DNA of 64,000 nt. Source: Candidatus Micrarchaeota archaeon (GTDB lineage Archaea > Micrarchaeota > Micrarchaeia > Norongarragalinales > UBA8480). Under the pieces are notes generated by a model. The model did no database searches, had not been told where the DNA came from, and saw only the letters and a program-made list of their open reading frames with translations. Position numbers and translations under genes: made by a program. Of the stretch, positions 35,397 through 43,484 are shown piece by piece. The number at the start of each line of letters is the position of its first letter. The first letter of the stretch is position 1. The stretch is from the NCBI GenBank assembly GCA_021812145.1, contig JAKAOM010000001.1, positions 21,898-85,897 of the forward strand, given 5' to 3'.

Positions 35397-36098
35397 TTAA
35401 TTATCCTTATTTGTTTTTAATTTACAAAGAAAGATAATCCCTCTTGAAAATAATGATGGCATTGAATAAGTCAGTTCATCCCACACCCTTTTTGGAATCA
35501 ATGATAATCCTTTTTCAATTTTATCACTAACTCCAAGATGGATCCAATACCTTCTACTTATTATTTTAAAATGTTTTTCTATAAACTCATTATCTTGTTT
35601 TATTGTTGGAAAGTGAAGGTGATAATCCGCAGCAAAACCTGTTGCGTCTACGCTATTTCCAAACACCATTTTTATCCTATGATATATGGTGCTCTCATTA
35701 GGTAAAGATATAAGAACCACTCCCTTTTTGTTTAATAATTTTTTTGTTTGCAATATCAACTTTTCAGGATCTTTTAAATGTTCTAAAATTTCAGCTAAAA
35801 TTATAATATCAAATTTTTCATTAAGCTTAATTTTTTCATTTTCTAAATTTACCTTAAAAACTTTAAAAGCACCTCTTTTCTTTGCAATTTTAAGCGCCTT
35901 TTTATCAAAATCCACTCCATAATACTTAATGTTTTTATGACCAAAAATTTTTATTGTATCTCCCATATAGCAACCAATATCTAAAACTTTTACATCTTTT
36001 TTTATAAATGGGTTTAAAAGAGACTTGAAAATTTTAAATCTCTCTTTTGCGTATTTATCATTCAATATATTTTTATATACCATTTTATTGTAATTCAT
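35397..36098 (-). CDS. Class I SAM-dependent methyltransferase
   Basis: VLDIGC-x-x-G, EILEHL, SLPN. Confidence 0.85.
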   Translation of the reverse strand: MNYNKMVYKNILNDKYAKERFKIFKSLLNPFIKKDVKVLDIGCYMGDTIKIFGHKNIKYYGVDFDKKALKIAKKRGAFKVFKVNLENEKIKLNEKFDIIILAEILEHLKDPEKLILQTKKLLNKKGVVLISLPNESTIYHRIKMVFGNSVDATGFAADYHLHFPTIKQDNEFIEKHFKIISRRYWIHLGVSDKIEKGLSLIPKRVWDELTYSMPSLFSRGIIFLCKLKTNKDN

Positions 36099-36102
36099 TA
36101 TT

Positions 36103-37110
36103 TTATCTCTTTATTTGATTTTTAAATAAATTTTCTGTTAATCCAACAATTGTGCCTCTTATCCCTTTCAGATAGCTTATTTGTTTTGTACTTATAAATT
36201 TATATACTAAAAATAAATTTAAAAATATAAGGTATGAAAAAAATCTTATTGATTTATCAATTGTATTCAGTTTAATGTTAATAAAATAAAAATTAATAAA
36301 ATTTAATGTTCTTTCATATGAATTTGACCTATTTGCAAACACTCCGTTTTGATCTACAAGGTGTTTAACTACTGCTTTTGGATTAAAAATTATCTTATAT
36401 CCTTCCCTTATTATTTTAAACGAAACGTCTGCTTCTGAGTAGTCACCAATCCCTAGATATTTTCTGTCAAAATAACCTATCTTTATTAAAATATGTCTTC
36501 TTATAGCCATGTTGCAGGCTTCATGATGATCTACGTTAATTGACTTTTTAAATTTACAATTTTCTTTATAGTTAGATCCGACAGAAAAAGCTCCGCTCCT
36601 AAAAAATTTTCCAATGCTTTTTTCTTTACCCTCAAGAAAATAATTAAAATATATTTTGCCTAAAATATGCCAAAAAATATTTCCATTTTGCAGTTTTTTT
36701 TGAAAATAAAACAAATCTCTTTTATTTTTTAAATTTTCGGGTATTATTGTTGGACCCGTTACTCCCCCTATCTTTTTCGATTCATTAAATGTTTTTACAA
36801 TTTCATTAATCCATTCTTTGTCTGCGACTATATCATCATCCGTTCTTACTATAATTTCTCCTTTTGAAACTAATATTCCTTCGTTTATTGCATTTACTAA
36901 TCCTTTTTCCTTCTGTTTTATTATTTTAATTTTTAATTCTTTATGATTCTTTATTACTTTTTTTGTGTTATTTGTATCTCCTCCTTCTACTATAACGATT
37001 TCAAAATTTTTAAACGTTTCTTTATTCAATGATATAAGGCATCTTTCTAAACTTTGTTCTCTATTCATAGTGGGTATTATTATTGAAACTTTAGGTATAT
37101 TTTTATTCAT
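36103..37110 (-). CDS. Glycosyltransferase family 2
   Basis: VSIIIPT, TDDD, CNMA, E-x-D; start re-called at 37110. Confidence 0.88.
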   Translation of the reverse strand: MNKNIPKVSIIIPTMNREQSLERCLISLNKETFKNFEIVIVEGGDTNNTKKVIKNHKELKIKIIKQKEKGLVNAINEGILVSKGEIIVRTDDDIVADKEWINEIVKTFNESKKIGGVTGPTIIPENLKNKRDLFYFQKKLQNGNIFWHILGKIYFNYFLEGKEKSIGKFFRSGAFSVGSNYKENCKFKKSINVDHHEACNMAIRRHILIKIGYFDRKYLGIGDYSEADVSFKIIREGYKIIFNPKAVVKHLVDQNGVFANRSNSYERTLNFINFYFINIKLNTIDKSIRFFSYLIFLNLFLVYKFISTKQISYLKGIRGTIVGLTENLFKNQIKR

Positions 37111-38161
37111 CTTTAACCCAACCTCTAGCATTGCCTATTTTTTTTGTTCCTTTAAGTTTGTTTAAAAAATACGATATTTCTCTTTTTTTAATTATCTTTG
37201 GTAAAATTTCACTATCGCTTACTACTCTATTTTTTTGTATTCTTCTTCTTTTTTCTAGTATCCTTTTTAAATTAGTTAGATTCCAAACCAATCCTAAAAT
37301 TATCCATTTTGAACTTTTGAATTTTCTTTTTGAAAAAAGAAAAGTTGCAATTCCAAACCATAAAAAAATATGAATTGTTAAAATTTTAATTAGGTTTTTA
37401 AATTCTAAATTTTTAATCAAAGTTTGTACATAATTTTTTGCACCATGAAATTTAACAAAATAATTTATGTCATTTTTTAGAATAATTGAGCTAGTTCCAA
37501 ATCTATGATAAATTATTGAGTTTGGTATCAGCATAACTTTAGATCCTTTAAGCCAAATTCTCCAACATAGGTCGCTCTCTTCAACATATATAAAATAATC
37601 ATCATCAAACCCGTTTATTTCATCTAACGCGTCTTTTCTTGCGATCATACCTGCAGATTTTGCAGCAAAAATCTCCTTAATTTCATCATATTGCCCATTA
37701 TCATTTTCCTTTCCAGCTTCAACAATATTAACTAAAAATCCATTTTGACCTATATATTCTCCTACAGAATCTATTTTGTTTGTTTTACTTATAATAAGTT
37801 TTAACTGTCCAGCTCCTACATTAGGATTATTTTCAAGAAATTTTACCGCGTTTTTTAACCACATTGAAGTTACAGTTGTGTCATTATCTAAAAAAACTAC
37901 GTACTTTCCTTTTGCTTCTTTGATTCCTTCATTTCTTGCGGATGAGGGGCCAATATTTTTGTCATTTTGAATAATTTTTAATTTTAATTTTTTAATTGAT
38001 TTTTTAATATACTCAACGCTTCCGTCAGTTGAACCATTATCTATAACAATAACCTCAAAATTAGTGTATTTTGTAGTATATAATGATTCTAAGCATTCTT
38101 TTAAATAAATTTTACCATTATAATTTACTATTACAACAGAAACAAGTGGTTCTTTATTCAT
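37103..38161 (-). CDS. Glycosyltransferase family 2 (rhamnosyltransferase-like)
   Basis: VSVVIVNYNG, DNGSTDGS, LDND, FDDDYFIYVEESDLCWR. Confidence 0.9.
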   Translation of the reverse strand: MNKEPLVSVVIVNYNGKIYLKECLESLYTTKYTNFEVIVIDNGSTDGSVEYIKKSIKKLKLKIIQNDKNIGPSSARNEGIKEAKGKYVVFLDNDTTVTSMWLKNAVKFLENNPNVGAGQLKLIISKTNKIDSVGEYIGQNGFLVNIVEAGKENDNGQYDEIKEIFAAKSAGMIARKDALDEINGFDDDYFIYVEESDLCWRIWLKGSKVMLIPNSIIYHRFGTSSIILKNDINYFVKFHGAKNYVQTLIKNLEFKNLIKILTIHIFLWFGIATFLFSKRKFKSSKWIILGLVWNLTNLKRILEKRRRIQKNRVVSDSEILPKIIKKREISYFLNKLKGTKKIGNARGWVKDE

Positions 38162-38318
38162 TTATATCTCTCACATACTTTTTTTAATAAAGTTGTTTTT
38201 TAAAAGTTTATCCTGTTTTTATCTGATGATATTGCTTTATATTTTTGTAATGAAAAGCTTTTTAAAACTCTTTTTAGGATATGTTTTGTTAAAATGGTTG
38301 AGCTTTCAATTTCAAGCT

Positions 38319-39695
38319 TTAAGCTTTTTGCTGGAAGGCATTGGAAGTGGTTTTTGGTTTAGTTTTGTATTGTAGTATTTGTTGTATTGCCATGCCTGCT
38401 AGAGCGCTTACTGAGATGAATACTAGAACTGCTGAGCGTATGTAGGTTCTGAGTGTGGGGCTTATTTGGTATAGGTAGTAGGTGATGTTGTTGAATTGGA
38501 CTCCAAGGACTTTTGGTTGGGGGCCTATTGACATTATTACCCCTAGGATTGCGAGGAGGATGAAAAAGATGATTGCTTGGTTGTTGAGGTTGGTTTTTTG
38601 TTTTTGGGTTTTTTTGTAAATCCAATAAATTATAAGAAGGGTTGCGAGGATTAGGCTGGTGTAGCTTATGTATATTTCTTGTTCCACTTCGCTTGCAGTT
38701 CCGTTAATGTAGCTTCCTAGGTTGTTGATTATTGTGTTTTTAAATAATGGGTTTTGATAGTATGGAATTAAATAGTAAGCTAGGCTTGTGGTGCTTCCTG
38801 TTTGTACGTTGGCGTAGCTTCTGGTTATTGGTGGTCCTTGTGTTAGGTAATTTGTGATTAAGGGGTAGTTGAATATTGTGAATAGTATTAGGAAGGTGGT
38901 TATTGCTATTAGCGTTTTTTTGATTTTTTCTTTGTTTATTTGGAGATCTTTTTTGAGTACTTGGTAAATTATTTTTGCTATTATATATGTTACGGTTGCT
39001 GCGAGCATGAAGGCTGCGTAGTAGTAGTCTGTGAAGAAGTTGAGAGCTAATAAGGCTCCGCAGAGGATGGCGTTGGCGGTGTTTGGTTTTTCGTCTAGTT
39101 TGAATAGAAATAGAATATAGAGGGGCATCCATTGCATTTGTGCTAGAGTAGTGTCTAGTTGGATTCTTATGAAATGATATGGTGCGAACGCATATATTAT
39201 TCCTGAGATAAAACTTGATGTGTTATTTTTTGTGAAGTGTTTGGTTAATATAAACATTGTTATTGCAGATAGAGGTATACTGGAGAGCATTATGAGATTG
39301 TATACTAAAATTTGGTTGCCTAATATACTGAAAAGAAATGACATAGCTGGAATGTATGGAGACCATAATACTGTTGAAATTCCTCCTTGTGATAGGGCTA
39401 TCATTGTGTTGTTTATAATATTTAAGCCGTGGGTTATAGCGTAGTTGTCCCACCACATGAGGTATAATCCGCCTATTGGGTCGCTGTATTGATAGAAGTA
39501 TTTCCCATAGACTTCTGTAGTTAGGTTTAATATTAATGGCCAAGTTGTTATTATTGCTATTAGGCAGTAAGTGATTAATGCACTTATTTCAGTTTGATAT
39601 TGTAATGTTTTTTCTGTTATTTTTTTTATTATTGTTTGTCTAGTCTGTTGTGTTTTTTTTTGGATATTTATACCTACTTTGTTTTTTTTTTCCAT
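38319..39695 (-). CDS. GT-C/YfhO-like membrane protein, N-terminal (TM) half
   Basis: TWPL, DP...WW, YAFAPYH, WMPL, YYA, R-x-x-x-R in the last TM; lacks the usual extracellular C-domain. Confidence 0.72.
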   Translation of the reverse strand: MEKKNKVGINIQKKTQQTRQTIIKKITEKTLQYQTEISALITYCLIAIITTWPLILNLTTEVYGKYFYQYSDPIGGLYLMWWDNYAITHGLNIINNTMIALSQGGISTVLWSPYIPAMSFLFSILGNQILVYNLIMLSSIPLSAITMFILTKHFTKNNTSSFISGIIYAFAPYHFIRIQLDTTLAQMQWMPLYILFLFKLDEKPNTANAILCGALLALNFFTDYYYAAFMLAATVTYIIAKIIYQVLKKDLQINKEKIKKTLIAITTFLILFTIFNYPLITNYLTQGPPITRSYANVQTGSTTSLAYYLIPYYQNPLFKNTIINNLGSYINGTASEVEQEIYISYTSLILATLLIIYWIYKKTQKQKTNLNNQAIIFFILLAILGVIMSIGPQPKVLGVQFNNITYYLYQISPTLRTYIRSAVLVFISVSALAGMAIQQILQYKTKPKTTSNAFQQKA

Positions 39696-39757
39696 TTTGT
39701 TGGTTTATTTTTGTTTTTGGTAATGGTTTTAAATGCTTTCTTTGTTTATTTACCTAG

Positions 39758-40565
39758 CATGGATTGGTTTTCCCGATGGTTTGAACGTTTTCCTGCTTCT
39801 AATTTTGTTTTGTTTTGTGGTTTGTTGCTGATTTTTTCCCTTCCTTTTTTGATTGTTTCTGGTTTGAATGCGGAGAGGGTGGCGGTTTTTGCTTATTTGT
39901 TCTTGTTTTTGGGCGTTTTGATGCGTTTGGTGGAGTTGAAGGCGGGTTGGTTTAATCGTTTTTTTACTGGTATTTGGATTTTTTTAGTTGGCTTTTTTAG
40001 TTTTTTCTCAGGAGTTTGGAGTGTGTTTAAGTCTGAGTTGGACGCGTGGTGGAAGTGGGGTTTTGTTTTCGTATTGCTATTCATGCTGTTGGTCGAGTAT
40101 GCTGTTCCTTTGGGTTTTGTTTCCAGCGTTGGAAGTGTGCCTGATGTTTATCAGTGGCTTGCAAATCAAACAGGACTTTTTACAGTTGCGGAGTATCCGA
40201 TGATTCCTGAGGTTTATTTCTATCCTTTTAATGTTAGCGATCCTTATTATGTTTTTTATAGTCAGTTCACTGGTAAGCGCTTGTTTAACGGCGCTACGGG
40301 GGGTGTGGGTAAGTTTGTGGAGCAGGACGTTCAGAATCTTTCCAGTCCTGAAACCCCTTCAATTTTGGCTTGGTACAACGTTTCTTATGTTATTGTTCAC
40401 TATCCTGTGAATTCTTACGCAGTTTATTCTGGATTGCACTTGGTGAAGGTTTTTCCTGACGCTAGCGTTTACAGTGTTACAGCTTCCCCTTCGCTGGTTT
40501 GGGGTAGCGAGTTGGCACAATTGAAGGAGAGTTTAAGTGCTAATCAGAGCAATATTGTTTCTTGA
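39758..40565 (+). CDS. GT-C/YfhO-like protein, C-terminal half
   Basis: TM segments followed by LLVEY-x-x-P, VPDVYQWL, VAEYP, K-x-LFNG, V-x-YVIVH; start placed at ATG 39758. Confidence 0.65.
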
Positions 40566-40569
40566 AAGA

Positions 40570-41703
40570 CTAGCATTCTATTCCGTTGAAGGGTATTTTT
40601 TGTTGTTTGTTGTCTTTTTTTTTAGCTAGTACCTTTAGTATTGCCTTCATAACGCATTCTGGTGTTATTTGGTCGAAGTCTTCTATGCTTTGTAGTTTTT
40701 CTATATCTTTTCTTTGAGTGGTGATGGTTAAGTTGGCGTATTTTTTTATGTATATTGCCGCTCCTCTTTCCGTGTAGGGGTAGAAGTTGTATATTTTTCC
40801 GCTTGTGAATATTGATACTGCTGGGCAGCCTGTTGCGGCAGCTATGTGGGTTATTCCTGTATCCATCCCTACGTATATTTTTGCTAGGCTTGCGATAGCT
40901 GCTAGAGTTTCCAGGTTTGTTTTTGGCAGTATGATCGGCTTGTTTTCAGTTTGTTGTGTTATTTCCTGTATTGTTTTTTCGTTTTCTGGGCTTGTAGGTA
41001 TTATTATCTCCAGTTTGGTTTTTTCGTGAATTTGGTCAATTAGGCTTGCGAAGTTTTCCACTGGCCATGTCTTTCTGGTTTTAGATGTTGGGAACAGTAT
41101 TGCAAAGTTTTTTTTCACGCCTGCCTTTTTGAGTATTTGCTTTGCGTTTTTTATGTCTGTTTTGCTGCTTTTTATTTTTGGCTTTGTTATTGGCGCTTTT
41201 ATTCCTTCTTTTTGTAGTGTTTGGCTTGCGTATTCATTGAAGTGGGTTGGCTTCCAGTTCTTTTTTATTAATTTGTCTTCTCTCAGACTTGAGCTTAAGT
41301 CCACCCGTTTTTGACAGGTGGGCAGCAATAGCAGTGAGAGGATTATTGAAGGGTAGTCTGGCTCGTAGAAGTTTACTATTAGTTGGGGTTTGAATTTTAT
41401 TATTTTTAGGACTGTTTCGATTTTTTCTATGTTTGTTTTTGGCAGGGGCATTGTTTCCATTTTTTTTGGGGCTAGGGGGATTAAATCTTTGGGTGCTATC
41501 AGAAGTATTCTTGATTTTGGGTAGTTCTTCTTTATTGACTCCATGGCAGGCATTGTTACTATAAAGTCGCCTATGGCCGGGTCTGAAATTATTGCTATTT
41601 TTTTTGGAGTTTGTGGTTTTATTATTTTAGCGCGGGCGTCGTATATCTTTTGAGTTGCGTATGACAGTATAAGCGCTCCAGCGTGTTCTATGTTGAATGC
41701 CAT
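40570..41703 (-). CDS. Glycosyltransferase family 9 (paralogue of 18339-19481)
   Basis: IGDFIVTMP, KTWPVENF, DTGITHIAAA; shared YPYT-x-x-GAA and PFNG-x-EC C-terminus. Confidence 0.85.
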   Translation of the reverse strand: MAFNIEHAGALILSYATQKIYDARAKIIKPQTPKKIAIISDPAIGDFIVTMPAMESIKKNYPKSRILLIAPKDLIPLAPKKMETMPLPKTNIEKIETVLKIIKFKPQLIVNFYEPDYPSIILSLLLLPTCQKRVDLSSSLREDKLIKKNWKPTHFNEYASQTLQKEGIKAPITKPKIKSSKTDIKNAKQILKKAGVKKNFAILFPTSKTRKTWPVENFASLIDQIHEKTKLEIIIPTSPENEKTIQEITQQTENKPIILPKTNLETLAAIASLAKIYVGMDTGITHIAAATGCPAVSIFTSGKIYNFYPYTERGAAIYIKKYANLTITTQRKDIEKLQSIEDFDQITPECVMKAILKVLAKKKDNKQQKIPFNGIEC

Positions 41704-41717
41704 TGTTTTTTTTTATT

Positions 41718-42797
41718 TTAGTTTTGATTTTTAATTGTTTTTGTGGTTTTGATCGTTGCCGCTATCCCTAGTACTAGCGTAATTATTAATAGAGGGGCTA
41801 ATGTGAACGCAGTTATTATATTCAGTGTTTGTAGTAGGAGCAGTAGTGTGGTTAGGGTTGCAAATATTTTTAGTGCGTTATCGGTTATTTTGATTTTTTT
41901 TATGTCTTGCTTGAATGATTTAACCGTGTTTTTGAATTTTTGGCTTATTTTTGTGAATTCGAGCAGTATAATGACTGCGGTTATTATTGTTATTAAAATT
42001 GCTATCCATTCTGCAAAGATTTGTTGAAATGTTTGAAAGGGGGTTTTTTGTTGGGTTGCCGGCAGGGCTAAGCCTGAAATTGTTAAAACTCCTCTTGAAA
42101 CTATTTTTTTGTTAGTTAAATCGTACGTTGTTATTACCACTTGGTTGTTTTGAGTGAGAGAGGGTTGATTGTTTGTTTGCAGGGTGAGGGTGGTTTGAGC
42201 GTGTTGCAGGTATTTTAGGGTTTTGTTGATTGTTTGGGTTTGGAACGCGTTTGAGTTTTGAACGTTTGTTGCGGTTATTGTGTAATTGTCTGTTTGTTGG
42301 TAGGGGTTGTAGAAGTCTACGTACACTTCAAGAGTGTTTTGGTTGTTTATTATTACCGGCGTGTAGTTGGTGTCGAGGTAGTTGCCTGGCGTTGGGTTTT
42401 GAAATAGGTAATAGTTCAGTATTGTGTTGTTTTGGGTTTGGTTTCCATTTTTTGTTATTGTCAGGTAGTACGCTTCGCTGTTTAATGGGTTTTTTGGCGT
42501 TAAAGTGGTGTTTATTCGGTAGTGCTGGAATGGCTGGAGGGTTATGCTTTGGGTGTAGTTGAAGTTTTTTGAGGGGTTTTGGTTGTCTCCGGTTATTTGG
42601 ATGGTGAAAGTGGCGTTTTGAGTGTAGGGGTTGTAGAAGTCTAGGTAGTAGCTGGCTGTGTTATTCATAGGGTTTGGAATGATTATAGGTGAGTATTGAG
42701 TGTTTACGTAGTTTTGGCTTGCGTAGAAGTTTATTAGGTTGAAAGCGTTTGTTGTTGCTATTATTAATAGTATTATTGAAATAGCGGTGTTTTTCAT
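41718..42797 (-). CDS. Exported protein with two repeated beta domains and C-terminal TM helices
   Basis: Signal peptide; internal repeat Y-x-DFYNPY...L-x-x-x-QH (two copies); three C-terminal TMs. Confidence 0.7.
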   Translation of the reverse strand: MKNTAISIILLIIATTNAFNLINFYASQNYVNTQYSPIIIPNPMNNTASYYLDFYNPYTQNATFTIQITGDNQNPSKNFNYTQSITLQPFQHYRINTTLTPKNPLNSEAYYLTITKNGNQTQNNTILNYYLFQNPTPGNYLDTNYTPVIINNQNTLEVYVDFYNPYQQTDNYTITATNVQNSNAFQTQTINKTLKYLQHAQTTLTLQTNNQPSLTQNNQVVITTYDLTNKKIVSRGVLTISGLALPATQQKTPFQTFQQIFAEWIAILITIITAVIILLEFTKISQKFKNTVKSFKQDIKKIKITDNALKIFATLTTLLLLLQTLNIITAFTLAPLLIITLVLGIAATIKTTKTIKNQN

Positions 42798-42808
42798 TTT
42801 TTAACCCT

Positions 42809-43135
42809 TTATAGTATGACTCCAAGTATTTTTAGCAATATGAGAAGGCCTACTCCCAGCAAGCCTAGGACTGCGGTTATGATTATGTTGATTAAATCTA
42901 ATGGGATAGTGAAGCCTAGAAAGTTAAGTATTAGAAGTGCTGCAATGCCTAGAATAGTGTTTACTATGTATTTTTTGAGTTTGATTATGATTAATATTGC
43001 TATTATTATAAGGATAAGGGCTACCAGGATAGCGGTTAGGTTGGCTGCAGCTAGCTGGGTTATTGTTTGATTTGCGGTTTGCGCTAGCGTGGTGTTTTGC
43101 AGGGTGGCTGTCAGGTTTGTTATGTTAGCGTTCAT
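42809..43135 (-). CDS. Small membrane protein (BofA-like)
   Basis: IVNTILG-x-x-x-L-x-x-LN...IP...G-x-x-G pattern; start placed at ATG 43135. Confidence 0.55.
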   Translation of the reverse strand: MNANITNLTATLQNTTLAQTANQTITQLAAANLTAILVALILIIIAILIIIKLKKYIVNTILGIAALLILNFLGFTIPLDLINIIITAVLGLLGVGLLILLKILGVIL

Positions 43136-43339
43136 CTGTTGCTTGTTTTTGTGTGTTTTGGGTTTTTTAATTCTTTTCATTTTTTATTTGCCAAAGCTTT
43201 TTTTTCGTTGTTTGTCGTTTTCTTTGTTTTGTGTGTTTTTGGGGTTTGAGGGTAAGGTTTTTTATTTGGTTTGCCTTAAATATTACAAGAGGGTTGTTTC
43301 GTTGTTTGTCGTTGTCGGGTTTGTTTTTAGTCGTATAAG

Positions 43340-43353
43340 GAAAGGTTTAAATA
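43340..43353 (+). promoter_or_regulatory. BRE-TATA promoter of the S-layer gene
   Basis: GAAAGGTTTAAATA about 130 nt upstream of the start codon. Confidence 0.6.
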
Positions 43354-43484
43354 TGTTTGAGTTTGTAATGATTACCAAATTTTTACCTTTCCAGGTTGGG
43401 TTTTCATTTCCCAGCGGGTTTGGTGAAGGTTTTGTTGTTTTGATATAAAACAAGGCTCGTCCTTGTTTAGAGGTGTGTGAGAAA

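Noticed and set aside
38342-38372. Resemblance of TGGAAGTGG...GTATTG at 38342 to the sequence near 40050 as possible recombination sites for the split GT-C gene
   Set aside because: Short, gapped, direct rather than inverted, and expected by chance in such T/G-rich DNA.
43089-43448. Phe/Val-rich plus-strand ORFs here and at 7884-9299 and 60572-61760
   Set aside because: By-products of T-rich strand bias; they overlap better-supported minus-strand genes or the S-layer promoter.
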